64,000 nt of DNA from Octopus sinensis (Eukaryota). Below, piece after piece: positions 50,141 to 63,892 of this stretch (the stretch's first letter is position 1; every line of letters begins with the position of its first letter). The stretch is from positions 128,526,001 through 128,590,000 of the forward strand of contig NC_043001.1 in the NCBI RefSeq assembly GCF_006345805.1. Direction: 5' to 3'. Position numbers and translations under genes: made by a program. The notes under the pieces were generated by a model. It worked only from the letters and a program-made list of their open reading frames with translations. It did no database searches and had not been told where the DNA came from.

Positions 50141-51629
50141 ATGTATGTATGTATGTATGTATGTATGTATGTATGTATGTATGTGTGTGTGTGTGTGTGT
50201 GTGCATGTTTGCATTAAATCCTTAAATCCTTTAAAATGTTTTAGCCCGAAGGCCGCAGCCATGCTGGGGCACCAAGTTTGTTTATATCCCCCATAACTTA
50301 GCGGTTCAGTAAATAGAGACCGATAGAATAAACACCTGGTATAAACCTTTGAAGGCCGTGCCCCTGTCTAGCTACAGGGCAAAGTAACAAAAACAAAAAC
50401 TGCTAAGTTACCAACCAACACTATCATTTTGAAATATTTCCAATATTTCCCTTAAAGTAATCCATTTAGAACTCTCTCATAAGTTTTTAAGTTTTCTCTT
50501 CTTTTTAGAAAAAAAAAAATAATAATAAACTTCCAAAGCTGTGCTCCAGTTTGGCCGCAGTCCATACTGTTATATGAAAAAAAAAAAAGAAAAAAATTTC
50601 GCGTCGTCTGCACTGCAAGACAAGAATAACCCATATCAATAGGAATGTCCGATAACGAGGCTTACATAAGTAAATATGATCGACTAGTTTGTTCTTTTCG
50701 TTTCGACTTGGTGCATCCCACGATTTCAAGAGAATGCATCATGTGAGGACGGATAGGTGTGTGCTCTTAATTACACCCTGGGTACTTTACGCAAAGAAAA
50801 CAAAACGGGTTGTCCACTATTGACAAAGTAAGTGTTTAAAGCATATAAGAAAAAACGTAATCACTGTAATTGTTCGTTTTGCTTTTATTTATTTGTTATT
50901 TTATTTTCTTCTGCTTCTTTGATTCATTTATTTCCGTCCGTTTTAGTTTTCGCTACGATTTCTTTGGTATTCTAAGGGGTGTGTGTGTGTGTTTTCCACA
51001 ACAGAACACTGTCTCGTTCTTTAAGTATTGTCGGAGAACACGTTATCTATTTTTCGCTTGTAAGAACCCGTTGTCATCATTTAAACGTTGTCATCATCTC
51101 TTAGTATTTTCTATTTTCATTCATTGTATCAACCATGCCTACCCCCAACCCTTCCATCTCCAGGTGCGTGCGTACGTGCATTATATACAGCACGTAGTTT
51201 TGGGTGTATAACGAAGAAATACTAAATACAAAATCTGTGCGCGCATGTATGTTATGTAAGAATATATATTTATGTACACGCATTTGTAGTATGCATAAAT
51301 ATTTATGTATATATATACGCTGATTGTTATATATGGATGCATTTGCATCGTACATATATATATAAAATTAATTAAGGGTAGAAATTGATATTTATCAATT
51401 AAAACCAGTGGTCTAGCATATTAAAAAAGAATCCGAAGATTAAAATATTTATATATACCAATTAAGGACTGAACACGAAAAGTGGACAGTCAACATGCTA
51501 AATATAGACGTCAAATCGCCATTCTCCACAAAAGATTGTTCTCAAATAAAACTCAGCACAAAACCAAAGCAATAAACAAGTGAAAATATACGAAATAAAA
51601 TAATTACCCATGTACTGATCAGTTTCGGT

Positions 51630-51668
<39 letters not shown>

Positions 51669-54600
51669 TATATGTATGTGTTTGTATAATACACATGCAC
51701 CGTATCATCAACCTTCCAATAATTGTTTAATTACCAATTATCGTATCTATGTAAAACAAAAACATATTAGCTCGTTTGAGAAAGGTACTGCTATCCCCTC
51801 CTCTACATATACTTAATGAAACCTTTGTGTTAGGTGCAAAAAAAAAAAAAATTATAATTATTCCGACCGAGACAGTAGGGCGTCAGATTAAATGTAAAAT
51901 GCATTTTGTTAATTGTTGTTCTGTAGTCCTATAGCAGCCCTGATCATGAACAAATGCTTTCCAACCGTGATCAATGTGTCTTAATTTCTTTCTTTTATAT
52001 TAGGGCATAGTATCCTAAATTTCTATGAATTCTCTTATCCGAGGTGTATGCAAATTTTGTACTTTTAGGTTTTTGGATCAATTTACCTATGGGTCATCTT
52101 ATTAATTTTTTTCTTCTTTCTTTCGTCATAACTACATAAATCGCTGAATATTAATACCAGTAATATAACAGTCAATTTTAAAATTCATAATAAATTAAAT
52201 ATTCATCATTCGCTTGAAACTTAATTGAAAAGAGAAATTTGTTTACTAGTAAACAATTGCAATGGCTGATTGTATAAGGTAAATTTCAGGTTTTCAGATT
52301 AAAAACAAAATCAGGTTTGTGCCCTACAAAATCATCATTGTTATTGTTTTGCTGTAGTGTTCTTCATTTAGGTTCATTCGAAATTAGGTTCGTCGAAAAC
52401 GACTTGCAGGTGCTTGTTTAAAACCCACTTGTTAGCAGCATCGTTATGCAAATGTCTCTTGGATAATGGAGCTTGCATAGTCAAACACACACGCAATAAT
52501 AGTCTAGAGAAATCATAACAAAGGCGTGAGTTGGTTTAAGTATAGTATATAAATAAAGTAAGGAAAATATGCTATCCTCAGTAATTTCTGTTTTATTTAT
52601 AAATCGAGCTAAAGCTTCTCCTTTCTCTCTTCGCCATTCTATCTATCGCAACTAATCGTTCTCTCCCTAATTATATTCCTCTCTCATCTCTGCATCCCTG
52701 CCGCTATCACTTGGCTCTTATGCTAAACATTATAGACCGACCAACGAATGATATACACAGACAGACGTGTGTGTGTGTATTACTCTCGAAGGAAAATAAT
52801 GAAATCTAGAGAATGTACAAACAAAGCCTTGTAGACGTGGATGCTTGGCAGGGACATCCCATCCGTCTGTACACACACACACACACATTGATTGTCAAAG
52901 ATGCGCGCAGTAGAATCGATTGCTTGATTCCTTTGTCTTATCGATGTATCCATGAATGGGTAAATTAGCTCTACTGTATTTTTTTTTAAATAGTGCCTTG
53001 GAATCTACGCTTTTCGCTCCAAATGAACGAATATATTGTGTTGATTATATATCGTGAGACTTTACCCTTCTACAGATAAATGAAATGTGGGCAATCTACA
53101 ACTTGAAGCATTTAGCGAAGGCAGTGCTGGTTGCGCAACACGAACCACTGATGCCATTTTTTCGATATCAGCTATTATGCAGCTACTAGCCACTCTTGTA
53201 CGCTGGCACCATATAGACAGATAGACACACTCACAGACACACGCACACGCACTTGTAGATCCCCCCCCCCTGTTTTTAATTCAGCGTGTCGAATAATTTC
53301 AAATAACATGCGTGCTGTTACAACTGTAGCAGCATGGTGCTGTCTGTCGTAAACAAACTCATTGATATACATCTGAGATGACAGACTGGCTCCGTCAGTC
53401 AAAAAGCTTTTCCTTTTTTTCTTTTGTTAATCGTAAAATCGAAGGTTGAATGAATTGCAGGGGAGGTATACAGTTTCGTTAGTGATGCCTGTAAACTAGA
53501 CAAGCTGTTTTGAAAAAAGGAGATGTCTAAAATAACGCTTAACGCCTTTTTTTTTCTATTATTAATTATGAATCATCAACACGTAATACGATAATCGAAG
53601 ACATTTTCATTTTATGTGTCGATTATGCATTCCATATGTATCTCTCATTTTCCCGTCATTTTCAATAGATGTGCTTTCTCTCTCTCTCTCTCACACACAC
53701 AGTATTTAGTAAATAGTAGATATACGCTAATAATGAAATAAAGAAGAATTATGAAGATATAATAGTTATATATAAAGCATAAACAAATGTGAATACCCAA
53801 TAGATGTTACTCTTAAGTTTCCTTATAAATAATAAATAAACTTTTAATCTATTATTCAGCTAACATTTCGAAAGTAGATTTTCCACATACAGATCATAGG
53901 AAGTAGTGTACCTGCCCCACCCTACTCCATACTTTCTACTACAGAGAACCTCGACCGCCGAGCTGCACTGTCTTTATATGCTCTCTGTATGGATACCCCG
54001 TTGATGGATACCTTTGATAACGAAAATTTAAGGTATGTCACGCTTGTTCCTTGCTTGAAATAGCAACCAACTTACAGCTGAGCAGCTTTAAAAAAAGTTG
54101 GGTGGCTTACGGGTGGAATTCTTTTGATCATAGTTTTTCTATGTTCAGGGCTGATCTGGTAAAATACGAGCAAGCGAGGGAGCCACTACACAGTCGCTGA
54201 ATCTGTTAGAAGTAGTAGACAATTCTTCCCTTTAAAAAACACCCTTAAAAAGGAAAGGACATTATTGGAGGATGTAGTCTCAGACTAACTTTGTCTCAAA
54301 AATATGAGTTGGTCTGGAATAGAATGTTTTTGAGATCATAAGTCTACTGAATCAGAGATGACCTGGGACCAAAACACAATCTAGAGAAACATAAATAGTA
54401 CTCGTATTACTAATGAATTTGTTACAGGCCAATCAAGTTGGCATTTCAACTGTGGATGTGTTTATTGCACTTATTACTTTAGCCTATCTCCATGGCATTC
54501 TGACAACTGTATAGTAGTCGCTATTTCTCTTTCGCCAGTTTCATCTCTCACCTGTTTGCGAATATGTGATGGCATCTTCTTTGATATAAATGTAGGTTTG

Positions 54601-55229
54601 TTTTAGCGACACATTTTACAAAAAGTTGTTGAAATATAAAAAATGCATGCACACTGCGAACTATATATGTTTAGGGTAAAAGTTACTTCCTCGTTCTGGG
54701 TCTGTGATTCACTTTGACAACATCGCCGTGTGACAGGACAGTTACTGATTGTAACCTTATTAACGTGCTATCTTTGAATTAGTCGTACTTTATTCTTTGG
54801 TTATTTATCTCCGATAAATCTTGTTGTTGCGTATTGAAATACTCTTGCACAATTACATGGTATCAAATATCTCTCTCGTTAAATTACATAGTTGTTTAGC
54901 ACTATATCAGCTGTCAGATCAAGCAGACCTTATGATCAAAGTAGTTCTAATCATAATTATTCCATTTTATTTATCTAAGACAACAATATCCAATCAAGAC
55001 GTCCTTCCTGTCGGATGTGGTTTGTGGGAGATATAGCTATCGTTTTTAGCAAGTCGGCACAATATGTAAACAGTCAAGCTTATGTATCCAACTATCTCTG
55101 TCATCATAAACACTATCTCTACATATAGGTTTTTATTACATAATATGTTATTTTTAGAGTTGTGGTGATAGTGTTGATGGTTGGCGGATGGCACTAGGTG
55201 TGTTGTTTGATGTTAGGGGCAGTACCCAT

Positions 55230-55560
55230 TATCTTTGCAGGTTTTCTGAGACTGGTTATGTTTGTTAATGTTCCATTTAAACTGTTGTAACAAGACGTGA
55301 TCAAGGAGAAGATACCAAAAAGTTGGTGCTCTGGAGAAGAAGAATGGGTCATAGTAGTTAGTCCAGGCTCTGAAGGGTTGGACACAACACAGGTGACAAG
55401 AAGCGGGGAAACAAATAGGTAAGGGCTACCTGAGTTAAGGATGAACAGGACTCTGAAGAACAGATGCCATTATAGTCGCAATAGAAAAGACAGAGTAGAG
55501 ACAGTTTGCCTGTGGGCCAGGGGCTGAATCTTGTTTCAGTTTGTTGTATATCAGCATTTG
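55230..55560 (-). mobile_element. Old LINE (CR1/L2/Jockey-group) C-terminal fragment
   Basis: SLLCLFYCDYNGICSSE and, in another frame, FFFSRAPTFWYLL, resembling the SLxLFYRYYxGxCSSE...FFxRxxxLWNxLP motifs. Confidence 0.45.
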
Positions 55561-55935
55561 ATTCCTTCATTGGACGACTTAACTTTTGGTGACTTAAGGT
55601 ACCGATAATGTATTTGTAATGAACCAACATGAAAAACAAAATGGCCTTGATCTAACCAAGATTACTCAGTATTTTATTACATCAGAAAAATATGTTACTG
55701 ATTGTGTCCCAGCATGACCAGAGAGATAATTGCCATGATCATCATTGATTAATACTACATTGAACAGAGATAATCACATTGGATAGAGATAATTACCATC
55801 ACCATCATTGTTTAACGTCCATTTTTCCATGTCTGCATAGGTTGGACAGAATTTGTCAAGGCAGATTTTTTACAACCCATTGGTCTTGCTGTTGCCAATA
55901 TAAATAATATACATGTGAGACATAAACATATATTT

Positions 55936-56260
55936 CATCATCATCATCATCATCGTTTAACGTCCGTTCTCCATGCTAGCATGGGTTGGACGGTTCGACC
56001 GGGGATCTGGGAAGCCAGAAGGCTGCACCAGGCTCCGGTCTTATCTGGCAACGTTTCTACAGCTACATGCCCTTCCTAACGCCAACCACTCCGTGAGTGT
56101 AGTGGGTGCTTTTTACGTGCCACCTGCACTGGAGCCAGGCGAGGCTGGCATCGGCCACGGTCGGATTGGTGCATTTTACGTGCCACCTGCACGGAAGCCA
56201 GTCGAGGCGGCACTGGCTTCGGCCACGATTCGGATGGTGCTTTTTACGTGCCACCGACAT
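55936..56260 (-). mobile_element. Family D retroposon
   Basis: (CAT)n followed by the reverse family D sequence. Confidence 0.85.
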
Positions 56261-56607
56261 GGATATATTTAATTAGACCAACAATTGTAGAGAGACAAAT
56301 AATGGGCATAGCTCATTTATTTTCAGAAAGACCAATAACAGTGTTTCATCTTTATTTCCAGAAGACTAATTTTGTTCCATTTCCTCTAATTCTCACCAGA
56401 TCTCTGTTTGTTCCAGTGCTCTTTTGCATTTCCTACGTATTTCCTACTTCTGAGTCACATCTATTTGTATATATCTATTTACACAAAACAAATTCTATCT
56501 GATGTTCTAAATCTGTTTCCATTTCTAACAGTTTGTTGCCTAACAAATCCAGAAACATGAATTACTATTGCATGCATGTCTGAGTTGGTTAATTCTCATT
56601 GATTTAA

Positions 56608-56827
56608 CCCTTTAATATTCAGAGTACTCCATCAAATTTAATGCTTTTTTATCCACACTGTTTTGAAGTAATCATGCATTATCTTGTAGCTTTAAGATTT
56701 TGATGATGTGGTTGCTTGTTTTTAGAATGGCATTGTAGGGTAGGTGTGAGAGGCTGAATATGGCCAGTCTGAACATAAAACAAATAGAATATTTGGGCCG
56801 GAAACGGCCGGTTTAAATACCAAAGGG
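56608..56827. mobile_element. piggyBac-like MITE
   Basis: TTAA|CCCTTTaatattcaga ... tttaaataccAAAGGG|TTAA. Related opposite-orientation copy at 63641. Confidence 0.78.
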
Positions 56828-57060
56828 TTAAAGTATTTTGATGAAAATATTAGAACTTTTCAACTTTCTATGTATTTATTTTTAATTAAATAACTTCCCT
56901 ACATCCATTTATTATATTATTCTTGCTCTTGTTAAACCTATTTTGGCACTTCAATAGTTCTCCATTTCACTTTTACTCACTTCTTTTCTTCCCCCATTTC
57001 TATGTTGTTGTGTATACAATATGGTAATTGAATGCAAAATAGATAGGGATGTGTGTGTAT

Positions 57061-57470
57061 ACTCTTACTCTTTACTCTTTACTCTTTTACTTGTTTCAGT
57101 CATTTGACTGCGGCCATGCTGGAGCACCGCCTTTAGTTGAGCAAATCGACCCCGGGACTTATTCTTTGGAAGCCCAGTACTTATTCTATTGGTCTCTTTT
57201 GCCGAACTGCTCAGTGACGGGAACGTAAACACACCAGCATCGGTTGTCAAGCAATGCTAGGGGGACAAACACAGACACACATACATACATATATATATAT
57301 ACATATATACGACAGGCTTCTTTCAGTTTCCGTCTACCAAATCCACTCACAAGGCATTGGTCGGCCCGAGGCTATAGCAGAGGACACTTGCCCAAGATGC
57401 CACGCAGTGGGACTGAACCCGGAATCATGTGGTTGGTTAGCAAGCTACTTACCACACAGCCACTCCTGCA
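57061..57470 (-). mobile_element. Family A SINE
   Basis: Full-length reverse copy with (TTTACTC)n tail. Confidence 0.9.
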
Positions 57471-57835
57471 CCCTTAATGTGCTCAATTTGCAGAAAAAGA
57501 GTGAAAAATGGTAAGATGCGCAGGAAATAGAGTGGAATCACAAACTAACAGTGAAGATTGATTTCATGTGTTAAAAGCTCTTTAGCTGATAGCATATATT
57601 ATCTAGGTGAAGGTGGTGAGTTGGCAGAATCGTTAGCACACTGGGTAAAATGCTTAGTGACATTTCGTCCATCTTTATGTTCTGAGTTCAAATTCCACCA
57701 AGGTCGACTTTCATTTGAGCACTGGAGTCGATGTAATTGACTTGTCCCCTTCCTCGAAAACTCAGGCCTTGTGGTACTACCCCACTCCAAACCCCATGAA
57801 CTCCATATCTTGGTACCATGGTATTCAAGGCAATA

Positions 57836-58045
57836 AGGCGGCGAGCTGGCAGAAACATTAGCACGCCGGGCGAAATGCTTAGCGGTATTTCGTCTGCATT
57901 ACGTTGTGAGTTCAAATTCCGCCAACTTTGCCTTTCATCCTTTAGGGGTTGATAAATTAAGTACCAGTTATGCACTGGGGTCGATGTAATCGACTTAATA
58001 CCTATGTCTGTCCTTGTTTAGCCCCTTGTGGGTAATAAAGAAATA
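57836..58045 (+). mobile_element. Family C SINE with 13-bp TSD
   Basis: Direct repeat ggtattcaaggca at 57820 and 58046. Confidence 0.87.
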
Positions 58046-58361
58046 GGTATTCAAGGCATTATTTCCTTTCACTAATGCAGCATAAAGCATTAAGTTATGC
58101 ATGCAAGTATAAGGGAAGAAATCACTGAAATAAGGGGTTTAAGTTGAAGTATTTATAAACCAGAACAATATTTTTGAACTATACACTTATTTATGACTAA
58201 TGTTGTTAACACACTGCTGTTGTTACTGTTTTAGCTTCTTTTTTTATATATATATTTTTTAATATATTTTCTTCACTATAATCCACATCCATGCCCATAT
58301 AGATTATGTTTCTTCCATGACAGGTTCTTCATTTTTACATATTGGATGGCCTGCTAGGTAA

Positions 58362-58484
58362 ATGGAGACAGCAACTTCAGAAGCTTCTGGGAAATCAGAA
58401 GGAAAACCATGGACCAATATCTTAGTGGAATCTTCTGCTTTGGATCAGCTGAAGGTGCCACTTCAGGGATCTTCTCGCCTAAAG
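58362..58484 (+). CDS. HPS5: HPS5 (BLOC-2 subunit, Hermansky-Pudlak syndrome 5), first coding exon
   Basis: Likely acceptor ttccatgacag at 58323, ATG at 58362. Encodes METATSEASGKSEGKPWTNILVESSALDQLKVPLQGSSRLK, donor AAG|gtatgt. Matches HPS5 VLAEFESLDPLLSALRLDSSRLK. Too short for the ORF track. Confidence 0.85.
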
Positions 58485-59094
58485 GTATGTTACCTGTAGT
58501 TATTGTCGCTAGTTTTTTTTAACAGTATTTTGTTTATATGTGGGTATGTGTGTGTGTGTGGCAAGTGACCGAATGAAGTGGGTACCAGATAGTTTATAAT
58601 TTGTTTATATCACCAGCCAGGCATTAGAAATGATTCAATTTGCCTGATATTGTATCTAGCAAAGACAGTTCATTCTTAAAAAGCCAGTCTACTAGCTATA
58701 TCAGTCAAGTACTAAGGGTGATTTAACTTGTTGTGAGTACTGCATTGTACCTGGCCGAAACTTTTAATTCCTAAAAATGCCCAGTCTACTTGTTAAGTAG
58801 TGGGGTTGATCTTTTGCTGTCCCTTGCTCTCTGTCTGTCTGTCTCTCTCTCTCTCTCTCATACATACAAACACAGAATCAACTGCACCGAGTTTTGAGAA
58901 GGATATAGAGGAATCTACACAGTATCCACTTACTGGAACTACATGGACATAGATGTGGATAATTGATTTAGTGGGGTCTTGGCAACGAGCTTAGAGACCA
59001 ACATTTTGTATTCTTACATGTATGTGTGTATGTGTGGTCCTCCTATGACCAAACTAACCTGTGTCCAACTGGCAACATTTGTAATTTTTATCAC

Positions 59095-61045
59095 TGTTGT
59101 CAGAATTGTTAAAGTATCAGATAAAATGCCTTTGCGGTGATTGTTCTAAGTTCAAATTCTGTCAAGAGCATCTTTGCTTTTCATCCTTCCAGGATTATTA
59201 AAATAAGTACCAGTTAACTACTGGGGTTGATAGAATTAGCTATACCCATCCTATAAATTTGAAGCTTCAAGTTTATATTGGAAATGGTTATTTTTACAAT
59301 GGATTGATTTAAGGGATAGTTTGATTGGAAAAACCGTGAGAACCTTAGAAAAAAAATGCCTTGTAGCATTTATGTTCAGAGTTCAGATTCCACTGAGATC
59401 AACTTTGCTTTTTATCCCTCTGGCATCAATAAAATAAAGTCCAGCCAAGTACTGAGGTTGATTTAATTAACTAACCCCTTCCTCAAATTTCTAGCCTTGT
59501 CCTTTTGTTAGAAATTTAAAGGTGGTGAATTGGCTGAATTGTTAGGGCATCAGACAGAATACCTTGTGGTATTTGCTCTGGTTCTTTACTTTCCAAGTTC
59601 AAATCTGGTTAGGGTAAACTTTACCTTTACATCCCTCCAGGATTGATAAAAAACAGTACAAGTCAAGTACTGAGGTCAGTGGATTCAAGTAATCCCCTCC
59701 CTCATCAAAATTACTGGCTTTATGCCTAAATCAGAAACTATTGTTAGTATTATGGGGGAGGAGGTAGGATCATTTGGACATTGGACAAAATGCCTTGCAA
59801 TATTTAGCTTGTATTCTGAATTGAAATCCTGCCTTTCATCCATCCAGGGTTGATTAAGTAAGTGCTAGTCAAGTCCTGGGTTTGATATAATTGACTGTTT
59901 CCTCCTCTTGGTACCAATGTAAGAACTTATTATTACTTCTTCCTCAGTGAAGGATGAGGTATTGTTTCCAGTCGTGGACTAGATATCTCAAGAATCGCTG
60001 GTTGGATTCGGATGAAACTTCCAGGGATGTTTGGTCTCATGACTGGTAAGAACTGATTAAATTTTGGGATTCATCCAGTATCAGACAAGAATTCTGGATT
60101 ATTTTTCTGTTTTTTTTTTACTTAATTTTTGAGAGCAGTTGGGTTCATTTTTAGTATTCTTGGTTGTGAGAGCATTTGAGTTTATTTCAGATATTCTCGT
60201 TTTAAAAATCATCTCTGGCTAATCGTTGAGAGTACGTTGGTGTTGCCTTGGCAGAGGTTTGCACTCTCTGAGTGATCTTGTTATTAAGATTGTAAGCTGG
60301 CAGACTTGTTAACAAGCCAAGCAAAATGCTTAATAGTATTTTGTCTGTCTTTACATTCTGAGTTCAAATTCTGCCAGGGTTGACTTTGCCTTGCATACTT
60401 TTGGGGTCAATAAAATAAGTACCATTTGAGCACTAGGGTCACTGTAATCAACTATCCCCCTCCTCCAGAATTGCAGGCCTTGTTCCTATAGTAGAAACGG
60501 TTGTTGTTGTTGTTGTTGAAGGAGGGGAGTGGCTTGACAGAATCAGTTGAGCTGTAGAAGAATGCCTTGTGGTGTTTGATGATATCCTTTTATTGTTGTA
60601 AGTTCAAATTTTGTCTGAGTTAAATTTTTGGAATCAATAAACTGAATACCAGTGAAATTTTAGAATTGATGTAAATGAATACACTTCATTCAGTACAAAT
60701 TTCTGACTTTATGAATTCTGTTTGAAATATTATTCTCCCTTCCCCATTACCTAAATTTGAGAGCTTGTACTTCTGTTAGAATCTCAATCAAGAGGTTTTG
60801 CTGTATTTAGCACATCCTTTTATGTCCAGAGTTCAAATTCCATTGGGGGAATAATTTTTCTTTGTCCTAGAGTTGATAAAATAAGTATTAGTTAATTACT
60901 GAGTTGATTTAATTGGTTTCCACTTGCCATAGTCTTCTTCCTTGTACCTTAGTCAGAAATCACTCAGTGAAATAATGAGGTTAATTTAATTAGCTGTTCC
61001 CTTTCCCATTGCCAAATTGTAGCCTTGTACCCAAGTTACAAGCCA
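59095..61045 (+). repeat. Head-to-tail cluster of about 7 degenerate family C SINEs in the HPS5 intron
   Basis: Recurrent aaaatgccttg...gagttcaaattc...ctttcatcc...aataagtaccag...ctggggttga motifs about every 200-240 bp, all on the + strand. Confidence 0.75.
59931..60283 (+). mobile_element. Helentron/HINE-like non-autonomous element
   Basis: tattacttcttcct...gaggtattgtt start; 3' end ccttggcagagg followed by the hairpin gcactc-tct-gagtg, the layout of Helentron-type ends. Confidence 0.55.
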
Positions 61046-61839
61046 TTATTATTATAATAACTAATCTTTACAAATAAAAAGATAGTTCCTTTGTATTTGA
61101 GAGAGAATGTCATCATCATACCTGCCTTGTATGGGTTGGACAGGTTCTCTTCAATATAACATCATAATACTTGTTTTGTTCTTTTGTCGTTTTCTTTGTG
61201 AAATTCAAAGTTCTGAGATCAGCTTTTGCTATTTCATCAATCTTTTTCTTCCTCAGTATCCTTCTGTTTGGATCTTCTGGCAGTTCTTTCTATATTTTAA
61301 TTATCCGTATGTTTTACATGTCCTGTAAAAACAAGTGTTTGAGGATTTGCTGGAATTAGTGTTCACTTGATACTCATGAGTCTTGAACTAGTTGTGAAAG
61401 AGAGAAAAGATGTTATAAAATTTTTGGAAGTTTCTCACAAAGCAAACCATTAAGTCTGGCTCAAGAGGAAAGATGAGTATTGCTACAAGTACAAGCACTG
61501 AGGATGGTAGAAACTGCTAATCAAGAGTCACAATGTGTGACTCAACAAAGCTTTCACTTTTGTGTGGGATATTTACTGCCTACATTGATGGGTGGCACTG
61601 AGCAACTCTACTATCATGACGGAAGGGGTCAAAAAAACGTAGAGAGCTACTCCACCTTGTGATGAGACATTAACTCCTGCATTTAGAGACAGAGTACAGC
61701 AACACATTCACTACACAAGTGTTTACACTAAATTGTCATCTCTCTCGCACTCTCCATCTGATATACCCTGTATTTTTCTCCACTATTATTTTCTCCACAT
61801 TGTAGCTAATTTAAAAAATCATTATTTTCTCTATTTTAG

Positions 61840-61953
61840 TATACCTGTATCTCAGTATCTCGAAGATATGTTGCTCTTGGCAGCAACACAGGTGGTGTCT
61901 ATGTATTCGGCAGGCAGAATTTCAACAACTTACGTGTAGTATTTGCAGATATG
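61840..61953 (+). CDS. HPS5: HPS5 second coding exon (WD40/beta-propeller start)
   Basis: ctattttag|TAT ACC ... GAT ATG|gtaagt, phase 0 at both ends. Encodes YTCISVSRRYVALGSNTGGVYVFGRQ (cf. HPS5 [23 protein letters not shown]). The gene continues beyond the window. Confidence 0.87.
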
Positions 61954-63640
61954 GTAAGTTTGGTTTTTTCAATTTCTTCTTTATTCATTATTTTCTTTAC
62001 AATTTGCATTTATTTTATTTATCATTATCTATCTATATTTTTTTATGAACATTGGCCATTTTTACACTTATTGTTGTTTCTCTCTTTTTTATATTTTCAT
62101 TTTTGACATAGTTTATAAGGGTCTCTTTTATATATATTGTTTTCAATGTTGTCTTGAATTACAGAATTCATGATAATCATCATCAACAGCAGCACCATTA
62201 TCATTATATTAACATCCTTTTTATTATCATCATCGTCATTGTTCTCATTATCATTATCATCTGTATCACCAGTTAGTAAACCTTTAGTTTTTTATGCTAC
62301 GAAACTGCCTATTTTAAAGTGTTCACTCTCATATTAAACTTTTCATGATACTTTTATATAAGAACATTTTGTTAACATATGTTCCAATCACTGTTGACAT
62401 CATCATCATAAGTTGGTTTTTCCGTCTCCTGTCCAGAGCTGTATTGCTCTCTCAACTGCTTTATAGAACCTTACACTCTACTGAGCCAATGCTTGTTTCC
62501 AGTTTCTAGTTTATATGGTGTTAAGCAAATGAGGTGTCTATCAACTGTAATATTTCCTCTGGGAGAAACTGATCACAACATTGCAAGTCAATAAAATATT
62601 TATAAATGTTTATAATATTACTGCTTCTTAGAGGATGAGGATATACAAGTTCTAATGACACTGAAAGATCACAGAGTAATTCTAGAGCTGTTTCCTATCA
62701 TGGCTGCAGGATAGAAAATCCAAATTTTACACATGTGCCAGTGAAAGCTATAGTCCTGTGTCTGTTTTCAACTTAGACATTTGAGAGTTAAGTATCTTAT
62801 CCAAGGATACAACACATCACTAGTTGTTTGATACCTTACTGATTTAACCATCTAAACTATCAGTAAAGATATAAAGCACTAGAAATATGTAAATGCCTCC
62901 AAACATTTTAAGAATTCATAAAAACAAATTCTTGCCTATGGTTTCATTGAGCAGATATGAGATGAATTTTGACCTAGATTAGACATCACTTTTATCTCAA
63001 ACATTTCTATAAGATCTGGTGTCTATTTCTAACCGCTTGGTGAATAATTAAGCCCTAGAGTGTGAAGCATACTGTAATGAAAAGAATACTATTCGTGAAT
63101 TTGAACTCATGAACTTAGCAAGCTCCCTAACTATATAATTACAAAAAAAGAAAAACTCATGTGGCTGATTTTGTAAACTGAAAAACTTTCCTGCTTAGCT
63201 ACTTTGCTTTTGTATATAATTCAGCATTTGTGGTAGGATTTTCATCTGTAGTCCCTAGGGATAGTTGTGTAGTTAACAAATTTTATGTGTGTGTATGTGT
63301 ACATACATACACGTACACACAACTCGTATAATCTCGTGACTGTTACATAACACAACACATGACTGTTACATTACACAACTCGTGAGTGTTATATTACAAC
63401 ATTCAGAGCAGAACACCAAGTTCACAATACCTTCCACATATTTTTTTTAGAAACATTGAACTGTTTTAAGGATTACATCATGGATACCTAGCCAGAACTA
63501 ACATTTCTTAAAATTGGAATAGAAGTTTGTGCCACTAGTTGGTGGCTAGTTGATAGTATATCCACAAACTAAGTATATTTTACATCTTCTTGTATTAAGA
63601 TTTGGGATAACTGGTTGAAGTTAAAACCATTAATGTTTAA

Positions 63641-63859
63641 CCCTTTAGCATTTAAACTGACCATGTTCAGCCCAAATATCAAACCTATTTTATGTTCAAG
63701 CAAGCCAGATCCAACCTCTCATTCCTACCCTACACTGACATTCTAAAACTACAGCCATATCATCGAAAATCTCACAGCTACAAGATTATGCACATTTAAT
63801 TCAAGACCATGTGGCTAAATAGTCATTACATTAGATAGAGTAATCTGAATGCTAAAGGA
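63641..63859. mobile_element. piggyBac-like MITE
   Basis: TTAA|CCCTTTAGCATT ... AATGCTAAAGGA|TTAA. Confidence 0.78.
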
Positions 63860-63892
63860 TTAATTAACTATATTTTAATCATCACTACATAT

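Noticed and set aside
58362-61953. Alternative identity TECPR2
   Set aside because: The SSRLK|YTCISVSRRYVALGS motif matches HPS5 much better than the TECPR2 N-terminus.
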